Shown piece after piece: positions 1 to 12,252 of a stretch of 48,221 bases of DNA. The translations under genes were made by a program, and so were the position numbers. The notes under the pieces are model-generated. The model saw only the letters and a list, made by a program, of their open reading frames with translations, was not told the origin of the DNA and did no database searches. Numbering within the stretch: position 1 is the stretch's first letter; each line of letters begins with the position of its first letter. This stretch comes from Octopus bimaculoides (Eukaryota): the NCBI RefSeq assembly GCF_001194135.2, contig NC_068984.1:59351337-59399557 (forward strand), given 5' to 3'.

Positions 1-37
<37 letters not shown>
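1..37. repeat. (AT)n microsatellite
   Basis: Pure AT dinucleotide run at the window start. Confidence 0.98.
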
Positions 38-41
<4 letters not shown>

Positions 42-2519
42 TTTGAATTTAGTTCAGGAACCCCCAGTACTACCTTTGTAGACCCCAGTTGGAAACCACT
101 GGTATAGGTTGTCACTTGGGTTATGAGTTATCTAATAAAAAAATACTCCAAAATTGGTTAGATGAGGTAACAACCGTATCTAACCAATCTGGACTGTTTT
201 TTTAATATGTAATTATGTATAGAATATATAATACAAGTTTTAACATGTTTTTTCTTTCTAAATTCACCTTTATTGATTCAGTCCTAATCTATAACAGTTT
301 ATTGAAATAATGATTTCTTACCTTGCTACAAAGTGACACTATATTGGGGAATGATGATGCAATAGAGTGAATTGATACTACTGTTATTTATTGAAACCTC
401 TGAGGGAGGCTCTGCTTCATTACTCAATCTGCAATAAAAGCAGCCAAATCTTCCTCAAATTGTGCCTTACTGTTTTAATAAAAGGGAAGACACATCAAAT
501 GTGGTTCTGTGTCAAGAGGGAAAAAAATGGAATGGTCATGGTCAGATTCCTTTTGATCATAGAACTGGTTTGGGGCCAAACATCCAGAGCACTGCTTTTG
601 AAGTTGTGCCATTGGTTTGTCTTCACTATGTTACTGTCATATACACTTTTCTGATGCTTCATGGGAATTGTTTAAATAGCATTTCAGTCATTGGCAGTAT
701 ATCACCATACCACAATATTTGAATAACATTCTTAAAACTCATTTGTTGCTAGATTTATTTGTACAGTCTCTTTCAAACAAATATTTCCAATTCGAAACTA
801 TTAACATTACGATGCATAGGGCCAGATTTTATCAGGAGAAATTTGGAAATACAATTTAAATTTTCCATTCCAAATTATCTAAATCAGAGATGGTGATCTT
901 TTTAAGCCTCCATTAGAATGAAAGGCAAAGTTGACTCCAGTGTGATTTGAATTCAGTCCATAAGACATAACTATCATTTCAAGTCAAAGGAAAGTTGTTT
1001 TGTTTTGTTTTTTGAAAAAAACGCTTCATCTTATCATTTTATTTCAGTAGTCATAAGCACATGAAATTCTGCATTACAGAATTTAATATTGTGCTTATTG
1101 TGGAAAGGCTTATTCCAGTCACAACAGCTAGGAGAAAAGGTTGGTTAATAATCAGATTTATAAAGAATCCATTGACTTAGCTTCCTGGATTGTCTGATTA
1201 TTTGATTTCAGTTTTATGGAGTGAGTTGATTAAATAATAGTGTTGTTCATTCATGTATTAAGATGATTTGGATCAGTGATGACAAATCTATAATACAGCA
1301 TGTGTTATAGATTTTTTTTTTAATTTCCCTGCTAAATTATATTATAAAAAGCTTATTTATAAGCATTTACCGAAAACTAAAATGCATCTGAGACATCAAT
1401 AATGGGATTATCAAAGAAATAAAAGATCACCATCACTGATTTAGACCATTTGGAAAAGAAAATTTAATATTTCCTTATCTATCATGAAAAAAATTTGCTC
1501 CCATACATTGTGGTGTTAATTGTTTCAATGGAAGATGTCTGTTTGAAAGAGAGGCTATGTACAAATAAATTGAATTACAAATGTATGTTAAGAACATTAT
1601 TTATATGTAAGAATCAATTGTTGTAATGGATGAAATGTTATTTAAACAATTCCCATGCAACATCAGTAATGTTTATATGGTAGTGATATAGTGAAGACAA
1701 ACCAATGAGTGAGCATCTACACCATTGCATGAAATAGCATCCAAATTCTCCTTAATTCACATCCACTGTCCTGAAAAATAGAAGGCTGCTTTAGATAATG
1801 TTTGTGATACATTGTTCCTAGAAAATAAAAAGTAGGAAGGTTATGACTTGAATGATTTTGATGAAAGGTCTGCTGAATCAGGGATGACTGGGCTAAATTA
1901 CAACAATATGTGGAAGAAGTTCTAAGATAAAGTACTGACAGTATTAAAATGTATTATATTAAATTCCTATCAAAATATCAAAATATTGTGAATGATATCA
2001 TAGGATTTCAGTTGATCAACACCATTGTGATATTCTAATGTATAAAGGTACAGATATTTTATTAAATCCTTCCAAAATTTTATTTATATTGAAATTTAAC
2101 TGAAACATATTATTACTAGTTTACTCCTTAGAAATATAGCCATGAAAAGGTCCACACGTTAAATGGTTCAAGTTGGTAAATACATGAAAATATTAAGATT
2201 TACAGATCAATCCCATTATTTCAATATGGTAGTTGAAAAGTTATTCCCTTTCTCCATTAAATCACCCACATAAGTCATTCTCTGAAAATAGCAATAATAA
2301 TATTGTTTTCTCATATATGTACAAAATTACAAATTTTAAAGGAAGAGCATATATTTGATTACATTGACCTGATTATCAATCTCCAGGTGGATGAAAGGTA
2401 AATTTAACCTTGAGCAAGATTTAAACTTAGAATGTAAAATGATACAATTATAACTTTTGAGCAACATTTATTATTTTACTAATCCTTTAGTAACAATGAT
2501 AATAATGATTTTTAACATA

Positions 2520-3065
2520 GGTACAAGGCCAGCAAATTTAGGTGGCGGGGTTAGTCAATTGTAACAACTCCAGTACATGACCAGGGTTTCTTTTACTGAT
2601 CCTGTGGGATGAAAGGCAAAAACTAACCTCAGTAGGATTTGAGCACAGAACATAAATATCTCAAACTGAATGCTACAAGTCATATTGTCCAACACTTTAA
2701 AGATTTTGCTAATCCACTTCTGTAAAAATGATAATAATTATTTCTGATTTAGACCAGCAAAGTTGTGAGGATGAACTACCATCAACTCCAGTCCTTGACT
2801 GGTACTTTATTTTATCAACCCCAGCAAAATGAAAGAGGAAGTTGATAATAATAAAAATGATTTCAAATTTTGGTGCAAGACCAAAAATTTCGGAGGAGGG
2901 GTTAAGTCGATTACATCTGCCCCAGTGCTCAACTGGTACTTATTTTATCGACCCCAAAAGGATGAAAGGCCAAATCGATCTCAGTGGAATTTGTATTCAG
3001 AATATAAAGACAGATGAAATGCTGCTAAGCATTTTGCCCAGTGTGCTAATGATTATGTCAGCTCG
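2520..3065 (-). mobile_element. Cluster of decayed copies of the tRNA-derived SINE family seen at 45171
   Basis: Recurrent ACTGGTACTTATTTTATCGACCCC..GGATGAAAGGC..GAATTTG segments. Other copies at about 900-975, 7930-8150, 11700-11820, 16050-16190, 33330-33440 and 43210-43410. Confidence 0.75.
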
Positions 3066-3261
3066 CCTCTTTATTGATAATATTAGTAATGATGATGATT
3101 TCTTTCATAAATGTCACATCAATGTTTTCTCTAAATGCATGAAACTTTCCGTTTCTCCACTTTTCTAATATATTTAAGACTTTAAATGATTATAATCTTA
3201 TTGGAATTTTTTTTCACATGCTTACTGTCACTTTCTCTCTTTTTCCTTTTTATTCCTACAG

Positions 3262-3339
3262 AACATATCTCACAAATTTATGGTTGCAGTTCTAATTGAA
3301 TATATCCGATCCTTGAATGAGCATCAAATAAATGTCCAG
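3262..3339 (+). CDS. RMC1: RMC1 (C18orf8/Mic1, regulator of MON1-CCZ1) internal coding exon; upstream exons not found in window
   Basis: Pyrimidine tract + CAG acceptor at 3259-3261, GT at 3340. Encodes NISHKFMVAVLIEYIRSLNEHQINVQ, matching vertebrate RMC1 ..HKFVIAVLMEYIRSLNQFQI.VQ (recalled, no search run). Confidence 0.9.
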
Positions 3340-3923
3340 GTATACTATCATTCAACATTTTATACTGCTTTGTCTATCTATTACATTTTGTACATAAGCA
3401 GGAAGCAGCTCTTCTGTTGTAGCTGTGTACCTTCAGTATTTGCATGGGTTGATTATATTCTGACCCTCATCAGCAAAACAAAACTGACATTGTATTTGGC
3501 AAAGTAGTGAAGAAATTGTCTTTCTTTTTCTTTCATCATCATCATTATCTTCATTTAACATCCAGTTTCCAAGCTGGCTTGGGTTGGAAAGCATGACAGG
3601 AACTGGTAAGGCCAGGGTCCACACCAGGTTCCATTGTCCGTTTTGGCTTGGTTTCTACGACTGGATGCCCTTCCTATCACCAACCACTCTACAGAGTGTA
3701 CTGGGTGCTTTTTATGTGGCACCATCACCAGTGTCTTTTAAATGGTACCAGAACCAGTGTTTCACATCCTTATTTTTAATCATCTTTGTAATGCTCCCTA
3801 CATTAAATATGTTAACACTAACTTAATTATATTTCATACAAATGACATCAATAGATTACTTATCTCTGCTTCAATATTGCTTTCCTATTTGTCTGTCTTT
3901 ACATTTTTTTTCATCTCTTTCAG

Positions 3924-4028
3924 CACTATCTATATGAACTTGTTATTAACATATTGGTCAATCACAATTGTTTCTACCAATTGCACCAGTTTTTACAGTA
4001 CCATGTCCTCACAGATTCCAAACCTTTA
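3924..4028 (+). CDS. RMC1: RMC1 coding exon
   Basis: tttcag acceptor, GTAAGT donor, phase 0-0. Encodes HYLYELVINILVNHNCFYQLHQFLQYHVLTDSKPL (conserved LHQFLQYHVLxDSKPL). Confidence 0.95.
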
Positions 4029-4045
4029 GTAAGTGAATACTTATT

Positions 4046-4046
4046 T

Positions 4047-4091
<45 letters not shown>
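4046..4091. repeat. (CT)n microsatellite
   Basis: TC dinucleotide run just 3' of the RMC1 donor at 4029. Confidence 0.95.
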
Positions 4092-4096
<5 letters not shown>

Positions 4097-5837
4097 TTTA
4101 CTGTCTCTTTACATTGATATTATATGTAAGATATGAGCTTAATACAGTTTCTATCTTCCCGCTAGTTGACCCAGGACAATAGTAGATGACATTTGCCCAG
4201 GGTGCCACACAGTGAGACTGAACTCAAAGCAATATGGTTGTGGTGTAAACTTTTTAACCATAAAATCATATCTGCACCTGTCGTCTTAAAAAAACTGAGG
4301 AAGACATGACTAAGGACTGATATATCCAGCACACTGTTGTACTCAAGAAGACACATGGGGTGGTTGGCATTAGGAAGGGCATCCAGCTGTAGAAACCATG
4401 TCAGAACAGACAATGGAACCTGGTGTGGCCTCAGGCCTTACCAGATCCGGTCATACCATCCAACCCATGCCAGCATAGAAAACAGACGTTAAATACTGCT
4501 GCTGGTGATGATAAATCCTAGATATATTGTCTCTGAATTCAAGACTGGAATACTTTTGATCATATATTTGCTTTATCAGGGCTGACTTGTGACTAAACAG
4601 CAGATGCAATAGCAAACAAGGTTAAGCTGAGCTATCTGTCATATCAGTGTAAACCTGAGGTCTGAGACTTATAGCTGCTAAATCAGTTGTTTTGTAATTA
4701 AATACTACAGACTCTCAGGAGGAATTGGTTTTAATGATACCCTTTTAAAAACTCTTGTAGTGTATTGTCATATTGTTATTGTTTACCTTAACCCTTTAGC
4801 ATTCAAACCGGCCATATCTAGCCAAACTATTCTACTTGTTTTATGTTCAAACTGGCCGGATCTGGCCTCTCACACCTGCCCTATGTCATTCTAAGAAATA
4901 AATGCTCACATCATCAAAATCTCAAAGCTACAAGATAATGTATAATCTATTCAAAACAAAGTGAATAAATAGGTATTATATTTGAGAGAAAAATCTGAAT
5001 GCTTAAGGATTAAGTCAACCCTGATCCAGGAGGCTAACAATAAAATGCATTCCAGCTGCAATTATTTCATCATTTTCTTTTCACTCATAATGTATCACAA
5101 CTTTATCCAACATCCTTTTTCCTTTTTTAAACGGTAGGGTTTCATTTGAGGGAGATGCAGGTTCTATTTCTAGTAGATCAAGTGACTAGCGGCTGTGTTA
5201 TTGGCTTGTGTGTCATGTTCTATAAGGAAGACAACATTAGTTTATAGAACCAACTGGTTCTATAAACTGACCATTGTATTTTGTTGTTTACAAGATGATA
5301 GATTATTCTTCTTGACTCTAACTTCTGTCTGATGTGTGGTTGCACATTACTTATAAAAGGAAAGATCAACACACTCACCTAGCTCGCATTATGTTACCAT
5401 TTTAATTAATCAAATTATACCAAAAATTATTCATAACACTTTCCTCTGTACGTAAAAGAAAAAGTTTTTATCAACTAATTGGGCAGGCTTGTGTAGACTA
5501 TACTATGCTGACAGAGTCTTATAATTTGAAACATGTCCATAGTTGTCCCTTGCCAGTAAACAAAGATCATAGTTCCTACCAAGCATGTAAATTAACTTTG
5601 AATGATAAATTCTTAGTTTCTGAAATTATCTCCCCTTCTCCTTAAGAGTCATTTACAATATCTTTTTCTTTCTCCAACGGAGACTTTTTGCATATAGTGT
5701 TCAGTATATGATCACTTAACTTATTTGTAGCCCTGTATCAGTTGTTGTTGCTTAGCCCCAGGTCAGCTCGGATCCAGCAGACCTCTAATCAAGTCATTCC
5801 AGCTTTGACTATCTAGTCATTTATTTAGATATAGAAT

Positions 5838-6400
5838 ATCATCATCAACATCATCATCATCATCGTTTAACGTCCGCTTTCCATGCTAGCATGGGTTGGA
5901 CGATTTGACTGAGGACTGGTGAAACCGGATGGCAACACCAGGCTCCAGTCTGATTTGGCAGAGTTTCTACAGCTGGATGCCCTTCCTAACGCCAACCACT
6001 CAGAGAGTGTAGTGGGTGCTTTTACGTTTCACCCGCNNNNNNNNNNNNNNNNNNNNNNNNNNNNNNNNNNNNNNNNNNNNNNNNNNNNNNNNNNNNNNNN
6101 NNNNNNNNNNNNNNNNNNNNNNNNNNNNNNNNNNNNNNNNNNNNNNNNNNNNNNNNNNNNNNNNNNGCTCGAAATGGTGTCTTTTATGTGCCACCCGCAC
6201 AAGCCAGTCCAGGGGCACTGGCAACGATCTCGCTCGAAAATCCTACGGGAGCCAGTCAGGCGGTACTGGCAACGGCCACGCTCAAAATGGTGCATCTCAT
6301 GTGCCACCCGCACAAGAACCAGTCCAGGGGCACTGGCAACGATCTTACTTGGCTTGCCGGGTCTTCTCACGCACAGCACATTTCCAAAGGTCTCGGTCAG
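5838..6400 (-). mobile_element. 3' end of young RTE-type LINE (or its partner SINE), antisense, spanning an N gap
   Basis: (CAT)n tail at 5838-5864. 5861-6036 matches the reverse complement of 11141-11316 at 173/176 nt. Confidence 0.85.
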
Positions 6401-6519
6401 TAGTCTTGGACTAAATGTTTTTCTTTTCATGCAGAACAATAGGTTATGATTTGAAGAAGATTTAGCTGCTATTTTCCCTTCATTGGATCCAAATTTATAT
6501 AGGTACCACAGGGTAGTAT

Positions 6520-6730
6520 ACAAGGTCTGATCAATAAGTATCTAGACTGTTGCTCTAGTAACAAAGCTAAAGCATGCAGAGTGAAGCTGCTTGACAAAGA
6601 TTGACCTTGAACTCTGCTGTGCATGAGCACTAAGTTTTAACGTTCAAGCTCACTTCTGCTGTTTACAGCAATGCTTGGAAGGAAGGTGTGTAGGGTGTGT
6701 TCGTCACATTGACCATGACAGAGAAAGTTG
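6520..6730 (+). mobile_element. 5' fragment of a mariner-like element
   Basis: Starts TA-CAAGGTCTGATCAATAAGTATC (mariner-type TIR after TA) and ends near a transposase-like start ATGACAGAGAAAGTTG. No right TIR seen. Confidence 0.55.
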
Positions 6731-8548
6731 TCATGGCGATAGTTCTCTTTTACTTGTAATAAAATCATTATACAATTGATTAGTGGTTTCTTAGTTTACA
6801 ACATTGAAGCTTGACTCTTTTTTGTAGACATAGAGAGAGCAACAAGAAACTATTCCAATGTATTATTTATTCCCTTGAATCACTACAAGACAGTGTTCAA
6901 TAGTGTCACAAAGTTACTGGAGGACTAACCATTACCATTGTTGTGTCTGTTGATTTATGGATATTTTGAAAATACGTCACGGAGTGACAACTGTGCTCTT
7001 TGGCAATGTATAGCACCTGTTCAGCCACCCTGCCAGGTGAAGTCATGGGACTGCAGCATGGTGGATTGTGGAGTTGTAGTGGAAGAGCTTAACTGAGCCA
7101 ATGGTGCTTCTTACATTGATGCTGAGTGGAGGGATCCTAGATCAATGGTTAGGATCACCGAACTCTATCAAGAGAGTAACTGCAACCCAGCCATAGGGGT
7201 TACATCCATGGTTGTGTAATCAGCTAGTGAAAGATTCACTATCACTCAAGCTTCTAATTCAAATTCATAATAATGCAATTCAGGATCAATGCAGTCCTCA
7301 AAATTGAACTGGTAGAATTACTAGTGACAGATGATGTCTTACTATATCTGTTGCAGACTTTTGTTTTCTAACACTAATACTTGTGACAACACTGGTTCAT
7401 TTGTCATTCTCTTGGACAAATTCAGTTGTATGGAAAAGGCAAGACCTACATGCATCAAGAAATTGTTGATCTTCCATTAAAAAAAAAACCCTTCCCAGAC
7501 CTGAGTCTTGGAGAAAAATGTTCTAGGTTTAGGTTCATATCTTACAAGACATACAGATGTCTCAAACACATAGCCTAATTCATCCAATTCATACATAAGG
7601 ATAGAGAACAGGTGCCATTTCAATAGTGAATGTTATCTACAACAGGTGAACTTCTTTCTTGGAAGATCATGCCATTAAAACAAATATGGAAACCTCTATG
7701 CAGTCAAACCTCCCTGAAATCAAGCTCCAACATCTTTATATATAGATGTCTTAGCTTAAAGATCTTTGATGCAACACCCCTGAAAATAAGATGGGATGAT
7801 CATAGCTGAAATGCTTTTGATCACAGGTCAGGACTAATGCTAGGCTAAACAACTATTACTACTAATAGAATGAGACACTGTCCATCAAATATAAATTTGT
7901 TTACATTTTATTATTGTATTTACAATGTAAAGTGGTGGGCCAGCAGAATCATTAGCACACCAAACAAAATCCTTAGCAGTATTTTTCCAGCTTAATATTC
8001 TGTATTCAAATGCTGCTGAGGTTGACTTCATTTTTCTTCCTTTCAGGGTTGGTTATATAAATATTTGTTGAGCATTGGGGTCAGTGTTATCAACTCACTC
8101 TTCTTCCTCCTCCTCCTAAGATTGTTGGCCTTGTGCCAGAATTTGAAACCATTATAGTATTTACAATTTGAAGTGTCACAATAAATTGATGGATGAAGAC
8201 TTGACAAGGCAGTTGAAAAACCATCACTCGTTCTGTACCATTCTCTCCCATTCTCACCTAACCTAGCCTTATTAGAAGAGATAAAAACGAGAATCTAAGG
8301 AACCTACTGAAGGAGTCACCAAAGTAATTAACAGAATTTTAAATGATTAAAATTTATAAAATTGTGATAATTTCCTATATCATAAGAAGTGAGTTCTATC
8401 AATTCAGGCAAGGCCTTAGTTTAAAACAGGAACGAGAAAAAAATGAGATTTTTAACTAAAAAGACTGTCTGGTGGTTTATCATGTAAAACAGTAAAACAC
8501 AAAAGTATTAATTATGTATCACATGAAGATTCTTTATCACTATTTCAG

Positions 8549-8617
8549 GCTTGTCTAATGCTGTCACTTGAAAGTGTTTATACTCCAGCTCACCAGTTGG
8601 CACTAGATATGATGAAG
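8549..8617 (+). CDS. RMC1: RMC1 coding exon (69 nt)
   Basis: tttcag acceptor, AAG|GTAAGA donor, phase 0-0. Encodes ACLMLSLESVYTPAHQLALDMMK. Confidence 0.95.
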
Positions 8618-8799
8618 GTAAGAATTCTGACTGGATTTTCATTCACATTTTCTTTGATGTGTATGCACACACATGTGTATAAGTATTGTTGCATTCACTA
8701 TATCCAGCTTTAGCCTCATCTCTAATCATTTGTCATTCTCCTCTCACACCATTATGAAATTACCCGCTCTTTCCTTTCCTCTTGATTCACTGCCTATAT

Positions 8800-9905
8800 T
8801 CTCCAGCTGAAGGCCGTTGGCCACCTCCACAGAATCCACATCAAAGGGAGCTTCTTCTCACAGGCGCACACGTCTTTGAAGCACCTCTTGAACTCACAGC
8901 TCAGCCAAGCAGGCAAAGTGAGTAAATTTCCTCTGGTTGAACTGATGCTCCCACAGGTGAAGTTTGCACTCAAATGCCTTCACGTGGGCAAGAAGGTCAG
9001 GTACCAAAACGTCTTTACCCTGCAACTGGATGTTCAGCTCATTTAGATGTCCAGTAATGTCCACCAGGAACCTGAGGTCACACACCCATGCAGGATCCTC
9101 AAACTGAGGGACAGGATTGCCCTTCTCTTGCAGGAAAGATGCCAGCTAACCCCTCAGGTTGAAGACTCTCTCCAACATCTTTCCTTCGCTGAGCCAACGG
9201 ACCTCGCAGAAGTAGATCAGGTCGCCGAACTCTGCCTCAGCATCATCCAAGAGAACACAGAACTGTCTATGGTTGAGAGCTCGGGTTCAAACAAAGTTCA
9301 CAGCCCTGACGATAGTCATGACCTCCGTAATGGTCACGGACTTGGTGCACAGAGCCTCCTGGTGCACCAGACAGTGAAAGCACTTCATATTCTGCTGATG
9401 TCCAAAGCTGTGCTGGTACTTCACAAGAAGTGCCGCAAAGCGCTTGTTGTCCCCGACCATGGTGGGTGCTCTGTCAGTCGTGATGCCACACATGCAAGAG
9501 AGGTTCAGGTCAGCCGCCTTCAGCCAGTCTGTGACTGTCTTGCACACGTCGGCACCAGTGGTGGTACTGCTGAGGGGAATGAGTCTGATGAACTCCTCAA
9601 AGATGACAAAGGCATCCCTGCTGCCACAGAAGAAGATGGCAAGCTGAGCCATGTCCTTGATGTCAGTCAACTTGTTCAAGGCGATGGAAAAGAAGCAAGC
9701 GGACTAACACATGTCTTTCAGGGTGCCCCAGGCATTGGCAGCTATCTCCTCTACACAGCGGGTCAAGGTCCTGGCAGACAGGCTGATGGCCTAAAATTCT
9801 CTTGCACTCAACAAAGAACGCTTTCCATTCGTTCTTGAAGGAGCAGTTCTCGTCCAACAGCTTCCTCTTCTTTGCAGGTTGGGTGCCTTCAGCTATCTGA
9901 AATAA
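8800..9905 (-). mobile_element. hAT (SPIN/GTF2IRD2-like) transposase, internally deleted and frameshifted
   Basis: Minus-strand peptides PAKKRKLLDENCSFKNEW; TDIKDMAQLAIF..EEFIRLIPLSSTTTGADV..GITTDRAPTMVG..FHCLVHQEALC; LRFLVDITGHLNELNIQLQGK are hallmark hAT motifs. Visibly more GC-rich than the flanks. The + strand 263-aa ORF 9047-9838 is the antisense shadow. Confidence 0.88.
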
Positions 9906-10068
9906 CACAGAAAAAATATTTATAACCAAGTCAATTGGAGTAAAAGTGAAAAATAACTTATCATACAGTGATACTATACTACAGTATTGGACAAAAGGCT
10001 GATTTCCTCTTTCTCTCTAACTATATCAGAATTCTTCTCCAAAGCTGCATTTATTCAGTGTCAGTATC

Positions 10069-11332
10069 ATGCATATATATATATGGCCCTGCTCAGTATG
10101 TAGAAAAGGAGTAGGTAGTAACTCTATAAGATGTACCCGGTGCAAGCTATGGACACATAAGAGGTGCAGCAACATCAAAGGCAGGTTAACTAGCAAGTTA
10201 GTTTTTGTTTGTGGCAGATGTTCAGGTGCAATAAAGACTGCAAACAAACAGGAAACAACTTCTATCTCATTCCAGGGTGAAAAACTAGAGGTAGTCGATA
10301 GCTTCCGCTATCTGGGCGACCAAGTTAGTAGTGGGGGTGGGTGCGCTGAAAGTGTAGCTGCTAGAATAAGAATAGCCTGGGCAAAGTTTAGAGAGCTCTT
10401 ACCCCTGCTGGCGACAAAGGGACTCTCACTCAGAGTAAAAGGCAGACTGTATGACNNNNNNNNNNNNNNNNNNNNNNNNNNNNNNNNNNNNNNNNNNNNN
10501 NNNNNNNNNNNNNNNNNNNNNNNNNNNNNNNNNNNNNNNNNNNNNNNNNNNNNNNNNNNNNNNNNNNNNNNNNNNNNNNNNNNNNNNNNNNNNNNNNNNN
10601 NNNNNNNNNNNNNNNNNNNNNNNNNNNNNNNNNNNNNNNNNNNNNNNNNNNNNNNNNNNNNNNNNNNNNNNNNNNNNNNNNNNNNNNNNNNNNNNNNNNN
10701 NNNNNNNNNNNNNNNNNNNNNNNNNNNNNNNNNNNNNNNNNNNNNNNNNNNNNNNNNNNNNNNNNNNNNNNNNNNNNNNNNNNNNNNNNNNNNNNNNNNN
10801 NNNNNNNNNNNNNNNNNNNNNNNNNNNNNNNNNNNNNNNNNNNNNNNNNNNNNNNNNNNNNNNNNNNNNNNNNNNNNNNNNNNNNNNNNNNNNNNNNNNN
10901 NNNNNNNNNNNNNNNNNNNNNNNNNNNNNNNNNNNNNNNNNNNNNNNNNNNNNNNNNNNNNNNNNNNNNNNNNNNNNNNNNNNNNNNNNNNNNNNNNNNN
11001 NNNNNNNNNNNNNNNNNNNNNNNNNNNNNNNNNNNNNNNNNNNNNNNNNNNNNNNNNNNNNNNNNNNNNNNNNNNNNNNNNNNNNNNNNNNNNNNNNNNN
11101 GGCACATAAAAGACACCATTTCGAGCGTGGCCGTTTTCGTGCGGGTGACACGTAAAAGCACCCACTACACTCTCTGAGTGGTTGGCGTTATGAAGGGCAT
11201 CCAGCTGTAGAAACTCTGCCAAATCAGACTGGAGCCTGGTGTTGCCATCCGGTTTCACCAGTCCTCAGTCAAATCGTCCAACCCATGCTAGGATGGAAAG
11301 CGGACGTTAAACGATGATGATGATGATGATGA
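10069..11332 (+). mobile_element. 5'-truncated RTE-clade LINE (C-terminal ORF + 3' UTR + (GAT)n tail), middle lost in N gap 10456-11100
   Basis: ORF has a C4HC3 Cys motif, then EKLEVVDSFRYLGD..ARIRIAWAKFRELLPLL..VKGRLY (RTE RT thumb region). Tail ACGTTAAAC(GAT)n at about 11305-11332. Confidence 0.88.
10456..11100. other. Assembly gap (N run); others at 6037-6166 and 13236-13245
   Basis: Runs of n in the sequence, all inside transposon copies. Confidence 1.
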
Positions 11333-11546
11333 TGACCCTGTTTGAGAACCACTGCTCTAAGCAATCTATGAGGATAATTTTAAAAGTGTATTAAGATAAA
11401 CTTACATGTCTTTGTAACTGACTTCAGACGAGCGTAAACAAAAGTGTGTTGTTTTGTTATGTATTCTGCAGACAGAAATTAGTGCAATAATAATAATAAA
11501 GAAATTGAAAGTCAAATAACTTCTTTTGTTTCTTTCTTTCTTGCAG

Positions 11547-11617
11547 AGATTATCTACAGCTAATGAAGAAATCATTGAAGTTCTGCTTTCGAAACAACAA
11601 TTACTGCCAGCTCTTAG
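11547..11617 (+). CDS. RMC1: RMC1 coding exon
   Basis: Long pyrimidine tract + ttgcag, AG|GTAAGC donor, phase 0-2. Encodes RLSTANEEIIEVLLSKQQLLPAL(R). Confidence 0.95.
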
Positions 11618-12252
11618 GTAAGCTATGAGGATAACTGGGAATATTTTTCTGTAATGGAATCAGTTGATCCTTCTCTAAAAATTCCTATTTTCATGCCAAT
11701 ATATCATTGGATTGTCAGAATCATTAGAGCATTGAACAAACTGCCTTGTGATAATTAGTTACAGATCTTTAGATTCTGAGTTTAAATCTCACAAAAGCCA
11801 ACTTTGCTTTTCATCCTATTTTAGACAAATACTGGAGCCAATATAATTCACTGTTCCCCTCCTCCACATGTGTGACTTATTATTATTGAGTGAGAGAGCA
11901 GTGCATGCCGTCAAAGTGACACTGGGGTAAAATATACGAAACCCAACATACCCATCTTGACTACCTGTCTGATAAAGATACACCTGTATTGGGATACACC
12001 AATATACACAGATAGAGAAATCAAGGCTGGACCACCAAGAAAAATATGCCTTCTAATTGACATATTAGTCCCAACAGATGACAACATATCTAAAAGAAAT
12101 AAAGAAACTCTCAAAATACAAATACCTGGAAACAGATATAACCTAAATGTGGAACCTGAAAACAAATAATCCCTATAATACTTGGTGCATAAGTATGGTT
12201 AAAAACATACGGCTGATACATAATTGAGTCACCACAATTGCAAATATATATA

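Noticed and set aside
320-700. ORFs 391-654 and 462-722, with partial inverted similarity to 1640-1710; first suspected to be a Tc1 remnant
   Set aside because: No convincing DDE motif. The sequence instead shares AAATAGCAGCCAAATC.CCTCAAAT-type segments with old dispersed repeats at about 1740, 7700, 33700 and 35820.
6167-6400. Short repeated units (GTGCCACCCGCACAAG..CCAGTCCAGGGGCACTGGCAACGATCT) resembling a repeat-spacer array
   Set aside because: Internal tandem units of the RTE 3' region, also seen at 44750-44880; eukaryotic context, no unique spacers and no cas genes, so not CRISPR.
9047-9838. 263-aa plus-strand ORF (longest gap-free ORF in the track)
   Set aside because: It is the antisense frame of the GC-rich hAT transposase remnant; no recognisable domain and no splice context.
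10308-11258. Long ORFs full of X (also those at 5919-6523)
   Set aside because: Artefacts of translating through N gaps.
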